From Clostridia bacterium (GTDB taxonomy: Bacteria; Bacillota; Clostridia; CAKSNL01; HGM11501), in the NCBI GenBank assembly GCA_045588365.1, contig JAZNEB010000003.1, forward strand, positions 17,004-81,003: a DNA stretch of 64,000 nt, in the 5' to 3' direction. The notes under the pieces were generated by a model that was not told the DNA's origin, searched no databases, and saw nothing but the letters and a program-made list of their open reading frames with translations. This document shows, one piece after another, positions 1 through 8,230 of this stretch. The translations under genes and the position numbers were made by a program. The stretch's first letter is position 1, and each line of letters opens with the position of its first letter.

Positions 1-1
1 C

Positions 2-523
2 CTTATAGAGTTTGAGGCGCTAACGCCTTCTTTCGGAATTCCTTTGGAGGGGGGACAGTCTCTCTACGGAGCGCTGAATGGGGCAATTCATTTTTCAGGA
101 AAGGTTTACAGAAGCTCGGGAGCAGGGGACAAATTCAGCATGAACGTTTCAAAGGACCTTCTGTTTGAAAGCGGCGGAGAAATGAATTTCGGATTTGACT
201 ATTACTTTGAGGGAACTCCCATTACCACAAGAATTGAAAATGAACATGAAAAAATGAGCCATGCGGCAGAAATAACCGTAGAGGACGGAAGCATCGTAAA
301 ATTCCGCATGATTTTGAGAGAGTATGAAAAGACAGACAGAGAGAATGAGCTTATGAATATTTACGGTGCCATAGATAAAGTGGCGCTGGATAATGCGGAT
401 TCCGAAAATCCCGTATGGATAAATGATATGTTCTTATCCTATGAAGAGACGGGAGAAAAGGACGTTTTATCACCTGTCTGGTCAGGCGTTGTAAACGGAG
501 AACGAACTGTTATTTCGGATTAA
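2..523 (+). CDS. 5'-truncated CDS, probable YycH-like two-component system regulatory protein (C-terminal part)
   Basis: Frame open from window start; ends in L-x-Y...L-x-P-V-W motif; directly upstream of a YycI-like gene. Confidence 0.5.
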   Translation, partial: LIEFEALTPSFGIPLEGGQSLYGALNGAIHFSGKVYRSSGAGDKFSMNVSKDLLFESGGEMNFGFDYYFEGTPITTRIENEHEKMSHAAEITVEDGSIVKFRMILREYEKTDRENELMNIYGAIDKVALDNADSENPVWINDMFLSYEETGEKDVLSPVWSGVVNGERTVISD

Positions 524-554
524 GCCTCATGGGGACAGGCTCCCCTTGGCTTTA
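521..554 (+). repeat. 34-bp palindromic REP-like element, copy 1
   Basis: TAAGCCTCATGGGGACAGGCTCCCCTTGGCTTTA; near-identical copies at 15106 and 35989. Confidence 0.8.
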
Positions 555-569
555 GAAAGGAGACTTTTT

Positions 570-1331
570 ATGAACTGGCCGAAAATGAAAACAGCCCTTA
601 TAATGATGTTTTTAGTCATTGACCTTTTTCTTATGGTGTGGAATGTCTCCTTACACAAGGAAAGTCTTGCTGTTGAAAAAAACACCGTTGAAAACACCAT
701 AAAGCTTCTTTCTGACAGGGGTATAGAGGTTTCCGAAGACCTCATTCAGCCGGAAATTCCCGAAATAGGCTCTGTAACAGTAAAGAATTCCATGGCAAAT
801 CAGGCTGAATTTTTAAGCGATATTTTAGGTCAGGGCTATCTTAAAGAGGGAAACAGATTTTACACGGAAAGCCGAGAGGTTTTAATAAAAAGCAACAGCT
901 TTGAAATTAGAGAAAAAAAGGAAATAGAAAGTCTTGACGAGGCGGAAAAATGGCTTTCCTCCATGGGCTTTGACCTAAAAGATACTGTAAGAACAAAATA
1001 TAAAAACGGTTATATTTTCAGAACAATGCATAAGGGCTTTGAGGTATTTAAAAGCCGTATAACCGTGGAAAATAAAGACGGTCAGGCTCATGCCGAAGGC
1101 TCCCTTTTTTATATAGCCGAGGCGGATAAAGGAAAAAGTGAGAACATTCATGTGATATCCGTTTTGCCCAAGCTTATAAAGGAGAATGTAGGGGGACAAA
1201 GGATAACCTCTGTAACTACAGGCTATCTGCCTGTAATTGATGAGGGAGTCTTTTCAGAATCAAAGGCAGGTGCGGTTTACAGAATTCTCTTGTCTGACGG
1301 GCGGGAGTTTTATTACAGTGCTGAAAAATAA
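570..1331 (+). CDS. yycI: YycI-like two-component system regulatory protein
   Basis: N-terminus MNWPKMKTALIMMFLVIDLFL resembles the YycI membrane anchor; SD AAAGGAG before ATG 570. Confidence 0.6.
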   Translation: MNWPKMKTALIMMFLVIDLFLMVWNVSLHKESLAVEKNTVENTIKLLSDRGIEVSEDLIQPEIPEIGSVTVKNSMANQAEFLSDILGQGYLKEGNRFYTESREVLIKSNSFEIREKKEIESLDEAEKWLSSMGFDLKDTVRTKYKNGYIFRTMHKGFEVFKSRITVENKDGQAHAEGSLFYIAEADKGKSENIHVISVLPKLIKENVGGQRITSVTTGYLPVIDEGVFSESKAGAVYRILLSDGREFYYSAEK

Positions 1332-1334
1332 TAT

Positions 1335-1411
1335 GTGCCCGTAGCTCAGTTGGATAGAGCAATGGCCTCCGACGCCATGTGCCGTGCGTTCGAATCGCAT
1401 CGGGCATACCA
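1335..1411 (+). tRNA. tRNA-Arg(CCG)
   Basis: Cloverleaf GTGCCCG...CGGGCAT-ACCA; anticodon arm ATGGC-CT CCG AC-GCCAT; GTTCGAATC T-loop. Confidence 0.96.
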
Positions 1412-1446
1412 AAAAGGACGACACCCTTTAGGGTGGCGTCCTTTTT
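1412..1446 (+). terminator. Rho-independent terminator after tRNA-Arg
   Basis: AAAAGGACG-ACACCC-TTTA-GGGTGG-CGTCCTTTTT hairpin plus T run. Confidence 0.75.
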
Positions 1447-1466
1447 AATATCCAATGAAGCGATTC

Positions 1467-1668
1467 GAACTTGTCAAAGGCAAAAATTGCCGAAGCAATT
1501 TTGCCGGAGCTTTTGCATTGCATGAGCAATGCGAAAGTCGAATCGCATCGGTCCGCACGGATTATGGGATTACAGATGTAAAGGCAAAAGCGGAACTTGT
1601 CAAAGGCAAAAATTGCCGAAGCAATTTTGCCGGAGCTTTTGCATTGCATGAGCAATGCGAAAGTCGAA
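1467..1668 (+). repeat. Two identical 76-bp direct repeats (1467-1542, 1593-1668), each with two hairpins
   Basis: GAACTTGTCAAAGGCAAAAATTGCCGAAGCAATTTTGCCGGAGCTTTTGCATTGCATGAGCAATGCGAAAGTCGAA twice, 50-bp spacer. Confidence 0.92.
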
Positions 1669-1715
1669 GTGTAAATAAACCCCGCCGAATGGCGGGGTTT
1701 ATTTCAAGTTCAAGT

Positions 1716-3125
1716 TCAGTTTTCATTTCCAATAGGAAGCTTATAAAGAGGGCTTAAGTGTGAAACAACATAAATTTCCCCATGGGGAGTAAGTAAATCT
1801 TCGGAAGAACAAATCCAGGGATGGATTTTCGTAAAGGTTTTACCGTCAAAGGTGAAATAGCCGTCGTTTACGGGTGAAGTCTCGTGCCCTGAGTCGGTTC
1901 CGGGGAAAGGCGCCCACTCGCATTTTAAGTAAAGAACGCCCTTTGCCAAACCCAAAAGCTTTATTGAATTATAGTCAGGGAAGCTTTCGTTTATCAGAGA
2001 AAGCTTCCCGTCTGAAATCTTATAAAGCTTAAAGTCAGAGCGATAATGCTTAGAGACCGTCTGACCGTAGCTTTTAGCTGAAAAGTATATGTCCCCGTCC
2101 ATAATGGCTGCCTCATAGGGAGTCATAAATGAGCCTGTAAGTATCGGCCCTTTATCTGTAATTACATAAAGATACTGATTACGGGACCAGTATTGATTGT
2201 TTTCGTTTATTTCGGTTACGAAACGTTCTGCCTCAAGGAAGGTTACGCCATTTTTTGTGATGGTAGAGCCTGAAATGCTCTGGGTTAATCCCTCGGTTTT
2301 TTGAATTTCCTCATCGGTTCTTGCTTCGATGTCAGAAAGAATTACCCCATCAAACATCACCTTGCCGTCCTTTATATCCAAATCGGCTTTTGCCCTGCCC
2401 TTGCTTACGGCGGCGGATTCATCAAAGGATGAAACCCTTTGGATTTCCCCTGTAGAAAATGAGATAAAGTCAAACCAGAGCTCGTTTTCCTGAGTAAAGG
2501 AGCCGTCCGAAAGAGGGATTTGGGTGTTTTTTGCCATAGAAAGATATATTCCCTCATCCTCCTTATAAACACCCCCTGAAAAGTAGGGTCCCCCCGACTT
2601 TCGGTAAGAGCCTGTCTTTAAGGACAGTAAATTGTTTTCCCATGATATATCAAGGTAAAAATCATTTGAAGCAAAGCTAAATGTCAGAGGGAAATATGTA
2701 ACGTTGCGGAAATTAAGCAGAGGGTATTCCTCCTTTGAATTGTCAATTTTCCGTCCGTTTACATAAATGGGATATTCGGCAATCTTTGCCATATATGTTT
2801 TTTTATTCCTTGTGGTTTCGTAAATGGGCAAGGGATAAATAAGTCTGTTTCCGTAATAAGGGTTATGGGCTATAAAAAGCCCGTCCTTTTCTGTATAACC
2901 CGAAGCCAGATTCAAGGCATGGCAATAGTCATAGGTCATGGGAAAATATGTAATATCCTTATAGTTTAAGAAAGGATAGATTGAATCATAAAAGTAAATG
3001 GAGCCGCCGTCTATATGCACCTCATAGTCGGGGATTTTAACCTCCACCTCTTTTGCAGAGGAGAGGATGAAAATGAAAGATAAAGCGGTAACGCAAAAAA
3101 CAATGGCTTTTATAAATTTTTTCAT
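1716..3125 (-). CDS. Secreted hypothetical protein with two N-terminal copper-amine-oxidase-like (stalk) repeats
   Basis: SD AAGGAG and ATG 3125 (MKKFIK..., signal peptide); two YPxLxY/FxxxTYFPxT repeats. Confidence 0.6.
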   Translation of the reverse strand: MKKFIKAIVFCVTALSFIFILSSAKEVEVKIPDYEVHIDGGSIYFYDSIYPFLNYKDITYFPMTYDYCHALNLASGYTEKDGLFIAHNPYYGNRLIYPLPIYETTRNKKTYMAKIAEYPIYVNGRKIDNSKEEYPLLNFRNVTYFPLTFSFASNDFYLDISWENNLLSLKTGSYRKSGGPYFSGGVYKEDEGIYLSMAKNTQIPLSDGSFTQENELWFDFISFSTGEIQRVSSFDESAAVSKGRAKADLDIKDGKVMFDGVILSDIEARTDEEIQKTEGLTQSISGSTITKNGVTFLEAERFVTEINENNQYWSRNQYLYVITDKGPILTGSFMTPYEAAIMDGDIYFSAKSYGQTVSKHYRSDFKLYKISDGKLSLINESFPDYNSIKLLGLAKGVLYLKCEWAPFPGTDSGHETSPVNDGYFTFDGKTFTKIHPWICSSEDLLTPHGEIYVVSHLSPLYKLPIGNEN

Positions 3126-3227
3126 AGATATGGCTCCTTTCTTTTGCACTTTAATTATACCATAGGGGAGAAAACAATGCAATAAAAAAATCGGCAGACT
3201 CCACGTTCTGCCGATAGGTGCCAAACA

Positions 3228-3446
3228 TTATTTTCTGTCGTCTGCGATAACGCCTCTGTCCTTAAAGAGGAGGGTTATGCACCATATGCCTGCAAGACCT
3301 ACGAGAGAATAAATAATTCTGCTCATTAAAGCAAGCTGTCCGCCGAAAAGAGTGGCTACCAGATCCACCTCGAAAAGGCCGATGGAACCCCAGTTCACGG
3401 CGCCGACAATTACAAGCACCAATGCAACTATATCTGCTATCATCAT
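3228..3446 (-). CDS. DUF378 family small membrane protein
   Basis: LVIVGAVNWG...DLVATLFGG...SRIIYSLVGLAGIW signature. Confidence 0.88.
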   Translation of the reverse strand: MMIADIVALVLVIVGAVNWGSIGLFEVDLVATLFGGQLALMSRIIYSLVGLAGIWCITLLFKDRGVIADDRK

Positions 3447-3498
3447 TAAAATCACTCCTTACAACATAAATTATGTCCTAAGGAGAGTTTTTTATGCA

Positions 3499-4875
3499 TC
3501 AAACCTTAAAAATAATTTGTGCAACCTTAAAATAAACCAAAAGTGAAACGGAGTCAACTATGGTTGTTATAAAGGGCGAAGCCATAATAGCAGGGTCAAA
3601 GCCGATTTTCTTTGCACCGATGGGAAGCAGGCAACCGATAGATTTTGCAAAAATAACCGTTACAAAAAGACTTATACTTACTGCCAGAGCCATGGAAATT
3701 ACTGTATCTAAAGGAAAATCTTTCCCGATAAAATATTTATCCAGGACTATTCTTGCGAAATTCACCAAAGCTAAAACGATTCCGCACAAAAGGGAAATTC
3801 TGATCTCCTTAAACCATGCCTTAAGAACGTCAAGCCCCTTTATTTCCCCAAGAGCCAGGCTTCTTATAACCAGTATTGAAGCCTGAGAGCCCGAATTACC
3901 CCCTGTATTCATGAGCATGGGGATAAAGGCAATTAAAAAGGCAAGATTTGAAAGCTTCGCTTCGAAGGAATCGATAATAGCACCTGTAACCGTGGCAGAA
4001 AGCATCAATATCAAAAGCCAGGGAATTCTGTTTGTAAAGTGGCGGAACACTCCTGTTTTAAGATACGAATCCTCCGATGGTGTAACCGCAGCCATAATTT
4101 CGAAGTCCTCGGTGGTTTCTTCTTCCAGAACCGTTACGGCATCGTCAACGGTGATGATACCCACAAGACGGGTTTCATTATCCACCACGGGCATAGCCAA
4201 AAGACCGTATTTTGTGAACATTGCCGCCACATCTTCCTTATCGTCTGTGGTCTGGCAGAACACGGCTTTCTGAATCATAATGTCTTCTATCAAGGTGTCC
4301 TCGGGGCTTAAAATAATGTCCTTCAAGGTAAGAACACCCGAAAGAATTCTGTTCTTTTCGGTTACATAAAAGGTTGAAATATCTTCGACGCTGTCTCCGA
4401 ATTTTCTTATATGAACCAGTGCTCCCTTAACGGTCATTTCCTTTTTCAGGTCGATAAACTCGGTGTTCATCAAGCTTCCTGCGGAATCCTCGTCATACTT
4501 TAAAAGCTGATTTATGGCATTTCTTTTTTCTGCCTTGGTGTGCCTTAAAATTCTGTTAACCACATTGGCGGGCATTTCCTCCAAAAGGTCAACGGTGTCA
4601 TCCAAGAAGAGCTCATCCAAGATGTTCTGAAGCTCCCTGTCGGTGATGGCAGTAACAATGCTCTCCTGAAGGTCAGAGCTCATGGAGGCAAAAACCTCCG
4701 CCGCCTGCTCCTTTGGAATGAGGCGGAAAATTTTAACAGCCAAATCCTCGTTTACTTCTTCAAGGGCTTCCGCCAGGTCAACTTCGTTTAAATCTTTGAT
4801 AAAATCCTTTAATTCCTGAAATCTTCTTTCTGCAAGTAAGAGCTCCAGTGTTTCTGAAAAATTCTGTTCAAACAT
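3499..4875 (-). CDS. mgtE: Magnesium transporter MgtE
   Basis: N domain, CBS pair (SAGSLMNTEF, GIITVDD), TM motifs RIPWL, GGNSGSQ, DPAIMASPFITTIVD. Confidence 0.96.
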   Translation of the reverse strand: MFEQNFSETLELLLAERRFQELKDFIKDLNEVDLAEALEEVNEDLAVKIFRLIPKEQAAEVFASMSSDLQESIVTAITDRELQNILDELFLDDTVDLLEEMPANVVNRILRHTKAEKRNAINQLLKYDEDSAGSLMNTEFIDLKKEMTVKGALVHIRKFGDSVEDISTFYVTEKNRILSGVLTLKDIILSPEDTLIEDIMIQKAVFCQTTDDKEDVAAMFTKYGLLAMPVVDNETRLVGIITVDDAVTVLEEETTEDFEIMAAVTPSEDSYLKTGVFRHFTNRIPWLLILMLSATVTGAIIDSFEAKLSNLAFLIAFIPMLMNTGGNSGSQASILVIRSLALGEIKGLDVLKAWFKEIRISLLCGIVLALVNFARIVLDKYFIGKDFPLDTVISMALAVSISLFVTVIFAKSIGCLLPIGAKKIGFDPAIMASPFITTIVDSVSLLVYFKVAQIIFKV

Positions 4876-4930
4876 AAAAAACCGCCTTTCCGCAAAGCCG
4901 GAAAGACGACAAAAGATGCTGCATAGTTAC

Positions 4931-5002
4931 CTATGCAGAGACATGGACGCATTCCGACGATGCAATATTAAAAAAACATAATCGACTACTGTCCGCGTCC
5001 AT
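4931..5002 (-). CDS. Putative 23-aa leader peptide (MDADSSRLCFFNIASSECVHVSA) upstream of mgtE
   Basis: Strong SD GGAGGTG then ATG at 5002; in-frame TAG at 4931 lies inside a hairpin; below the ORF-track size cutoff. Confidence 0.6.
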   Translation of the reverse strand: MDADSSRLCFFNIASSECVHVSA

Positions 5003-5031
5003 TAAAACACCTCCAAAACTATTATATGAAA

Positions 5032-5060
5032 ATTATAGCACTTTCGCTCATGTTAGTCAA
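5032..5060 (-). promoter_or_regulatory. Sigma-A promoter of the mgtE leader
   Basis: TTGACT-17bp-TATAAT with extended TG. Confidence 0.75.
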
Positions 5061-5104
5061 TAGAATTATTTTTCACAAAATTATCATAAATATACTTGTT
5101 TTAC

Positions 5105-5133
5105 TTGACTAAATCATGGTTTTAATATAAAAT
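5105..5133 (+). promoter_or_regulatory. Sigma-A promoter of the obgE operon
   Basis: TTGACT-17bp-TAAAAT. Confidence 0.55.
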
Positions 5134-5171
5134 AATATAGATATAGTATGCTAAAAAAGGAGAGATGACAA

Positions 5172-6443
5172 GTGTTTCAGGATAAAGCGGAAATTTTAAT
5201 AAAAGCGGGCAACGGCGGCAACGGACTTGTTTCTTTCCGCAGGGAAATGTATGTGCCTGCAGGCGGTCCTGACGGAGGAGACGGAGGAAAAGGCGGAGAT
5301 ATTGTTTTCGTTACTGATCCCGAAGTGAACACTCTGGCAGACTTTAAATTCAAAAGAAAATATTTCGCCGAAAACGGTGAAGACGGAAGAGCTAAAAAGT
5401 GCTTTGGTAAAAGCGGTGCGGATTTGATTATAGGCGTGCCTGAGGGAACCCTGATAAGAGATAAGGAAACAGGTAAAATTCTGGCGGATATGACGGGTGA
5501 AAACAAGAGGGTTGTTGTGGCTAAGGGCGGCAACGGCGGTTTTGGGAATCAGCATTTTGCAACACCTGTAAGACAGGCTCCTCAGTTTGCCAAAAGCGGA
5601 ATTAAAACTAAAGAGCAGACGGTTATTCTTGAGCTTAAAATGATTGCGGATGTGGGACTTGTGGGCTTTCCCAATGTGGGTAAAAGCACGATTTTGTCCA
5701 TGGTAACAAAGGCTCAGCCTAAAATTGCAAACTATCACTTCACCACTTTAGCTCCTAATTTAGGAGTGGTATTTATGGGCGAGGGCAGAAGCTTTGTTAT
5801 GGCGGATATTCCCGGAATAATTGAGGGCGCTCACCAGGGACTGGGACTGGGACATGACTTTTTGAGACACATTGAAAGAACCAGGATTATAATTCATGTG
5901 GTTGATGTATCAGGCAGCGAGGGAAGAAATCCCATAGAGGATTTTCTCGATATAAATAATGAGCTTCTTTTGTACAATCCCTCCCTTGCAAATCTTCCTC
6001 AGGTTGTGGCGGCAAATAAAAGCGACATTGTCTATGACGAGGATATGAAAAATGAATTTTTAGCTTATCTTAAAGAAAGGGACATCCCCTGCTTTTTGAT
6101 TTCGGCAGCAACAAAACAGGGACTTACTCCACTGCTTAACTATGTGGAAAGCAAGTTAAAGGAGCTTCCTCCCGTTCCTGTGTTTGAAAGCGAAATGGCA
6201 TACGACCTGGAAGAAGAATTTTCTGACGATTTTCTTGTTACAAAAGAGGGCGGAATCTATTATGTGGACGGGCCCTTTGTTGAAAGACTCGTGGGCAGTG
6301 TCAACTTTGAAAATGATGAATCTGTTGCCTACTTCCAGCGAACCTTAAGACGACGGGGAATTATTGATGAGCTCGTTAAACAGGGCTGCAAAGAGGGAGA
6401 CACAGTAAGAGTTTTGGATATTGAATTTGATTATATGGATTGA
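5172..6443 (+). CDS. obgE: GTPase ObgE/CgtA
   Basis: Gly-rich Obg domain, GFPNVGKS, YHFTT, DIPG, NKSD; C-terminal OCT domain. Confidence 0.98.
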   Translation: MFQDKAEILIKAGNGGNGLVSFRREMYVPAGGPDGGDGGKGGDIVFVTDPEVNTLADFKFKRKYFAENGEDGRAKKCFGKSGADLIIGVPEGTLIRDKETGKILADMTGENKRVVVAKGGNGGFGNQHFATPVRQAPQFAKSGIKTKEQTVILELKMIADVGLVGFPNVGKSTILSMVTKAQPKIANYHFTTLAPNLGVVFMGEGRSFVMADIPGIIEGAHQGLGLGHDFLRHIERTRIIIHVVDVSGSEGRNPIEDFLDINNELLLYNPSLANLPQVVAANKSDIVYDEDMKNEFLAYLKERDIPCFLISAATKQGLTPLLNYVESKLKELPPVPVFESEMAYDLEEEFSDDFLVTKEGGIYYVDGPFVERLVGSVNFENDESVAYFQRTLRRRGIIDELVKQGCKEGDTVRVLDIEFDYMD

Positions 6444-6451
6444 GGTATCAT

Positions 6452-6745
6452 ATGTTAACCAGTAAAGAGAGAGCATTTTTAAGAGGTGCGGCAAATCAGA
6501 TTGGCGCAACCTATCAGATAGGAAAGGGCGGCATCACCGAAACCGTGTGCCAGAGCCTGAATGAAGCCCTGGAGGCTAATGAGCTTATAAAAATAAAAAT
6601 TCTGGAAAATGCCGACATTCCCACAAAGAGTGCGGCGGTTACGGTGGCGGCAGCTACAAACTCCAATATTGTTCAGTGTATAGGCAGGGTTTTCGTTTTA
6701 TATAAACCCCACAGGGAAAAAGAAAAGAGGAAGTATCTTAAATGA
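6452..6745 (+). CDS. yhbY: YhbY family RNA-binding protein
   Basis: MLTSKERAFLR...QIGKGG...ELIKIK...IGRVFVLY; conserved position after obg. Confidence 0.92.
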   Translation: MLTSKERAFLRGAANQIGATYQIGKGGITETVCQSLNEALEANELIKIKILENADIPTKSAAVTVAAATNSNIVQCIGRVFVLYKPHREKEKRKYLK

Positions 6746-7299
6746 GAAAAATTGCCCTTTTCGGCGGGAGCTTTGACCCCATTCACAAGGGACATATTGA
6801 AATTGCAAAAATTGCCATGGAAAAGGAAGGTTTGGACCAAGTGATTTTTATCCCCTCCGGCAAAAGTCCTCATAAGGAGGGGCTTGAAGCATCATGTGAA
6901 GACAGGCTTTCAATGACTTATCTTGCCACAGAGGATATAAAAGGCTTTTCGGTTTCTGATTTTGAAATTAAAAAGGAAACCCGATGCTATACCTTTGAAA
7001 CCATTACGGCTTTTAAGGAATTTTATCCCGGAGATGAATTGTATTTCATTATAGGTGATGACCAGTATAAGGTTTTTTCCTCCTGGCACAAATATAAGGA
7101 GCTTTTGGACCTTTGCAAATTTATAGTGTTTACAAGAGAGGGCGAAAATATTTTGCCGCCTTTTCTGGGAATAAATATAAAGCCGATTTTAATTTCCTCC
7201 AGCGGTATAAGGGAGAAAATTAAAAAAGGAGAAAGCGTTAAAGAATTGTTGCCGGAAAAGACAGAAAAATATATAAGGGACAAAAAGCTTTACAGGTGA
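6742..7299 (+). CDS. nadD: Nicotinate-nucleotide adenylyltransferase
   Basis: GGSFDPIHKGH, SPHK and ISSS motifs. Confidence 0.96.
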   Translation: MRKIALFGGSFDPIHKGHIEIAKIAMEKEGLDQVIFIPSGKSPHKEGLEASCEDRLSMTYLATEDIKGFSVSDFEIKKETRCYTFETITAFKEFYPGDELYFIIGDDQYKVFSSWHKYKELLDLCKFIVFTREGENILPPFLGINIKPILISSSGIREKIKKGESVKELLPEKTEKYIRDKKLYR

Positions 7300-7303
7300 T
7301 AAA

Positions 7304-7870
7304 ATGGAAGAACTTATAAATGAGCTTAAAAAAATCCTTGCGGAAAAAAGATTCACCCATACAATGGGAGTGGCGGAAACAGCCGGGAAGCTGGCTGAGC
7401 ATTACAGGCTTTCGGGCGAAAAGGCGTATCTTGCGGGGCTCTTGCACGACTGTGCTAAAAATCTTTCAGATGAAGAGCTTTATGAGCTTTCCGCTTATTA
7501 TAAAATAGAGCTTGATGACGTATCAAAAAAAGAACCCTCGCTTCTTCACGCTTATGTGGGAGCGCATCTTATAAAAGATAAGTACAAAATTTCGGACGAA
7601 GAAATTTTTGACGCAGTTTATTATCACACCACGGGAAAAGAGAATATGTCTCTTTTTTCCAAGATAATATTTTTATCGGATATGATTGAACCCGGAAGAT
7701 GCGGACTTGAGTTTTTGGAAAAGGCAAGGGCTTTGGCGTTTACCGATATAGACATGGCACTTATTTTGGCCATGGAGGGAACAATAAATTATGTAATTAA
7801 AAAGGGAGGACTTTTGCATACGGATACCGTAAAGGCAAGAAACTTCCTTATTGAAAGCCGAAAGGATTAA
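7304..7870 (+). CDS. yqeK: HD-domain Ap4A hydrolase YqeK
   Basis: RFTHTMGV, LLHDCAK, HTTG, DMIEPGR; follows nadD. Confidence 0.93.
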   Translation: MEELINELKKILAEKRFTHTMGVAETAGKLAEHYRLSGEKAYLAGLLHDCAKNLSDEELYELSAYYKIELDDVSKKEPSLLHAYVGAHLIKDKYKISDEEIFDAVYYHTTGKENMSLFSKIIFLSDMIEPGRCGLEFLEKARALAFTDIDMALILAMEGTINYVIKKGGLLHTDTVKARNFLIESRKD

Positions 7871-7874
7871 AAAA

Positions 7875-8210
7875 ATGGAAATTAAAGAAAAAACAGCTCT
7901 GGTGAAAAAAGTACTGGAGGATAAAAAAGGAATAGACGTAACGGTGCTTTCCCTGGAAAATCTATCCTCGGTTACGGACAGCTTCGTAATCGCATCGGGA
8001 ACATCAGGCCCCCATGTAAAGGCTCTTTCCGACTATGTGGAGGAGGCTATGGGAGAAGCGGGCTTTGACCCCTTGCGAATAGAAGGTTATAAAAGCGCAA
8101 AATGGATATTACTTGACTACGGAGATCTGGTAATTCACATTTTCTCCGAAGAAGCAAGAGAATTTTACAGCCTGGAATGGCTCTGGGCTGATGCACCTAA
8201 AGAAGAATAA
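7875..8210 (+). CDS. rsfS: Ribosome silencing factor RsfS
   Basis: DKKG..D, WILLDYGDLVIHIF, REFYSLEWLW. Confidence 0.95.
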   Translation: MEIKEKTALVKKVLEDKKGIDVTVLSLENLSSVTDSFVIASGTSGPHVKALSDYVEEAMGEAGFDPLRIEGYKSAKWILLDYGDLVIHIFSEEAREFYSLEWLWADAPKEE

Positions 8211-8230
8211 CAAAAGGTTGAAAGGAAGTA

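Noticed and set aside
1467-1668. CRISPR array
   Set aside because: Only two units, 76 bp is too long for a CRISPR repeat, and no cas genes are in the window.
1216-1757. ORFs 1216-1455, 1428-1655 and 1455-1757
   Set aside because: They overlap the tRNA and palindromic repeats, have no SD, and the peptide repeats simply mirror the DNA repeat.
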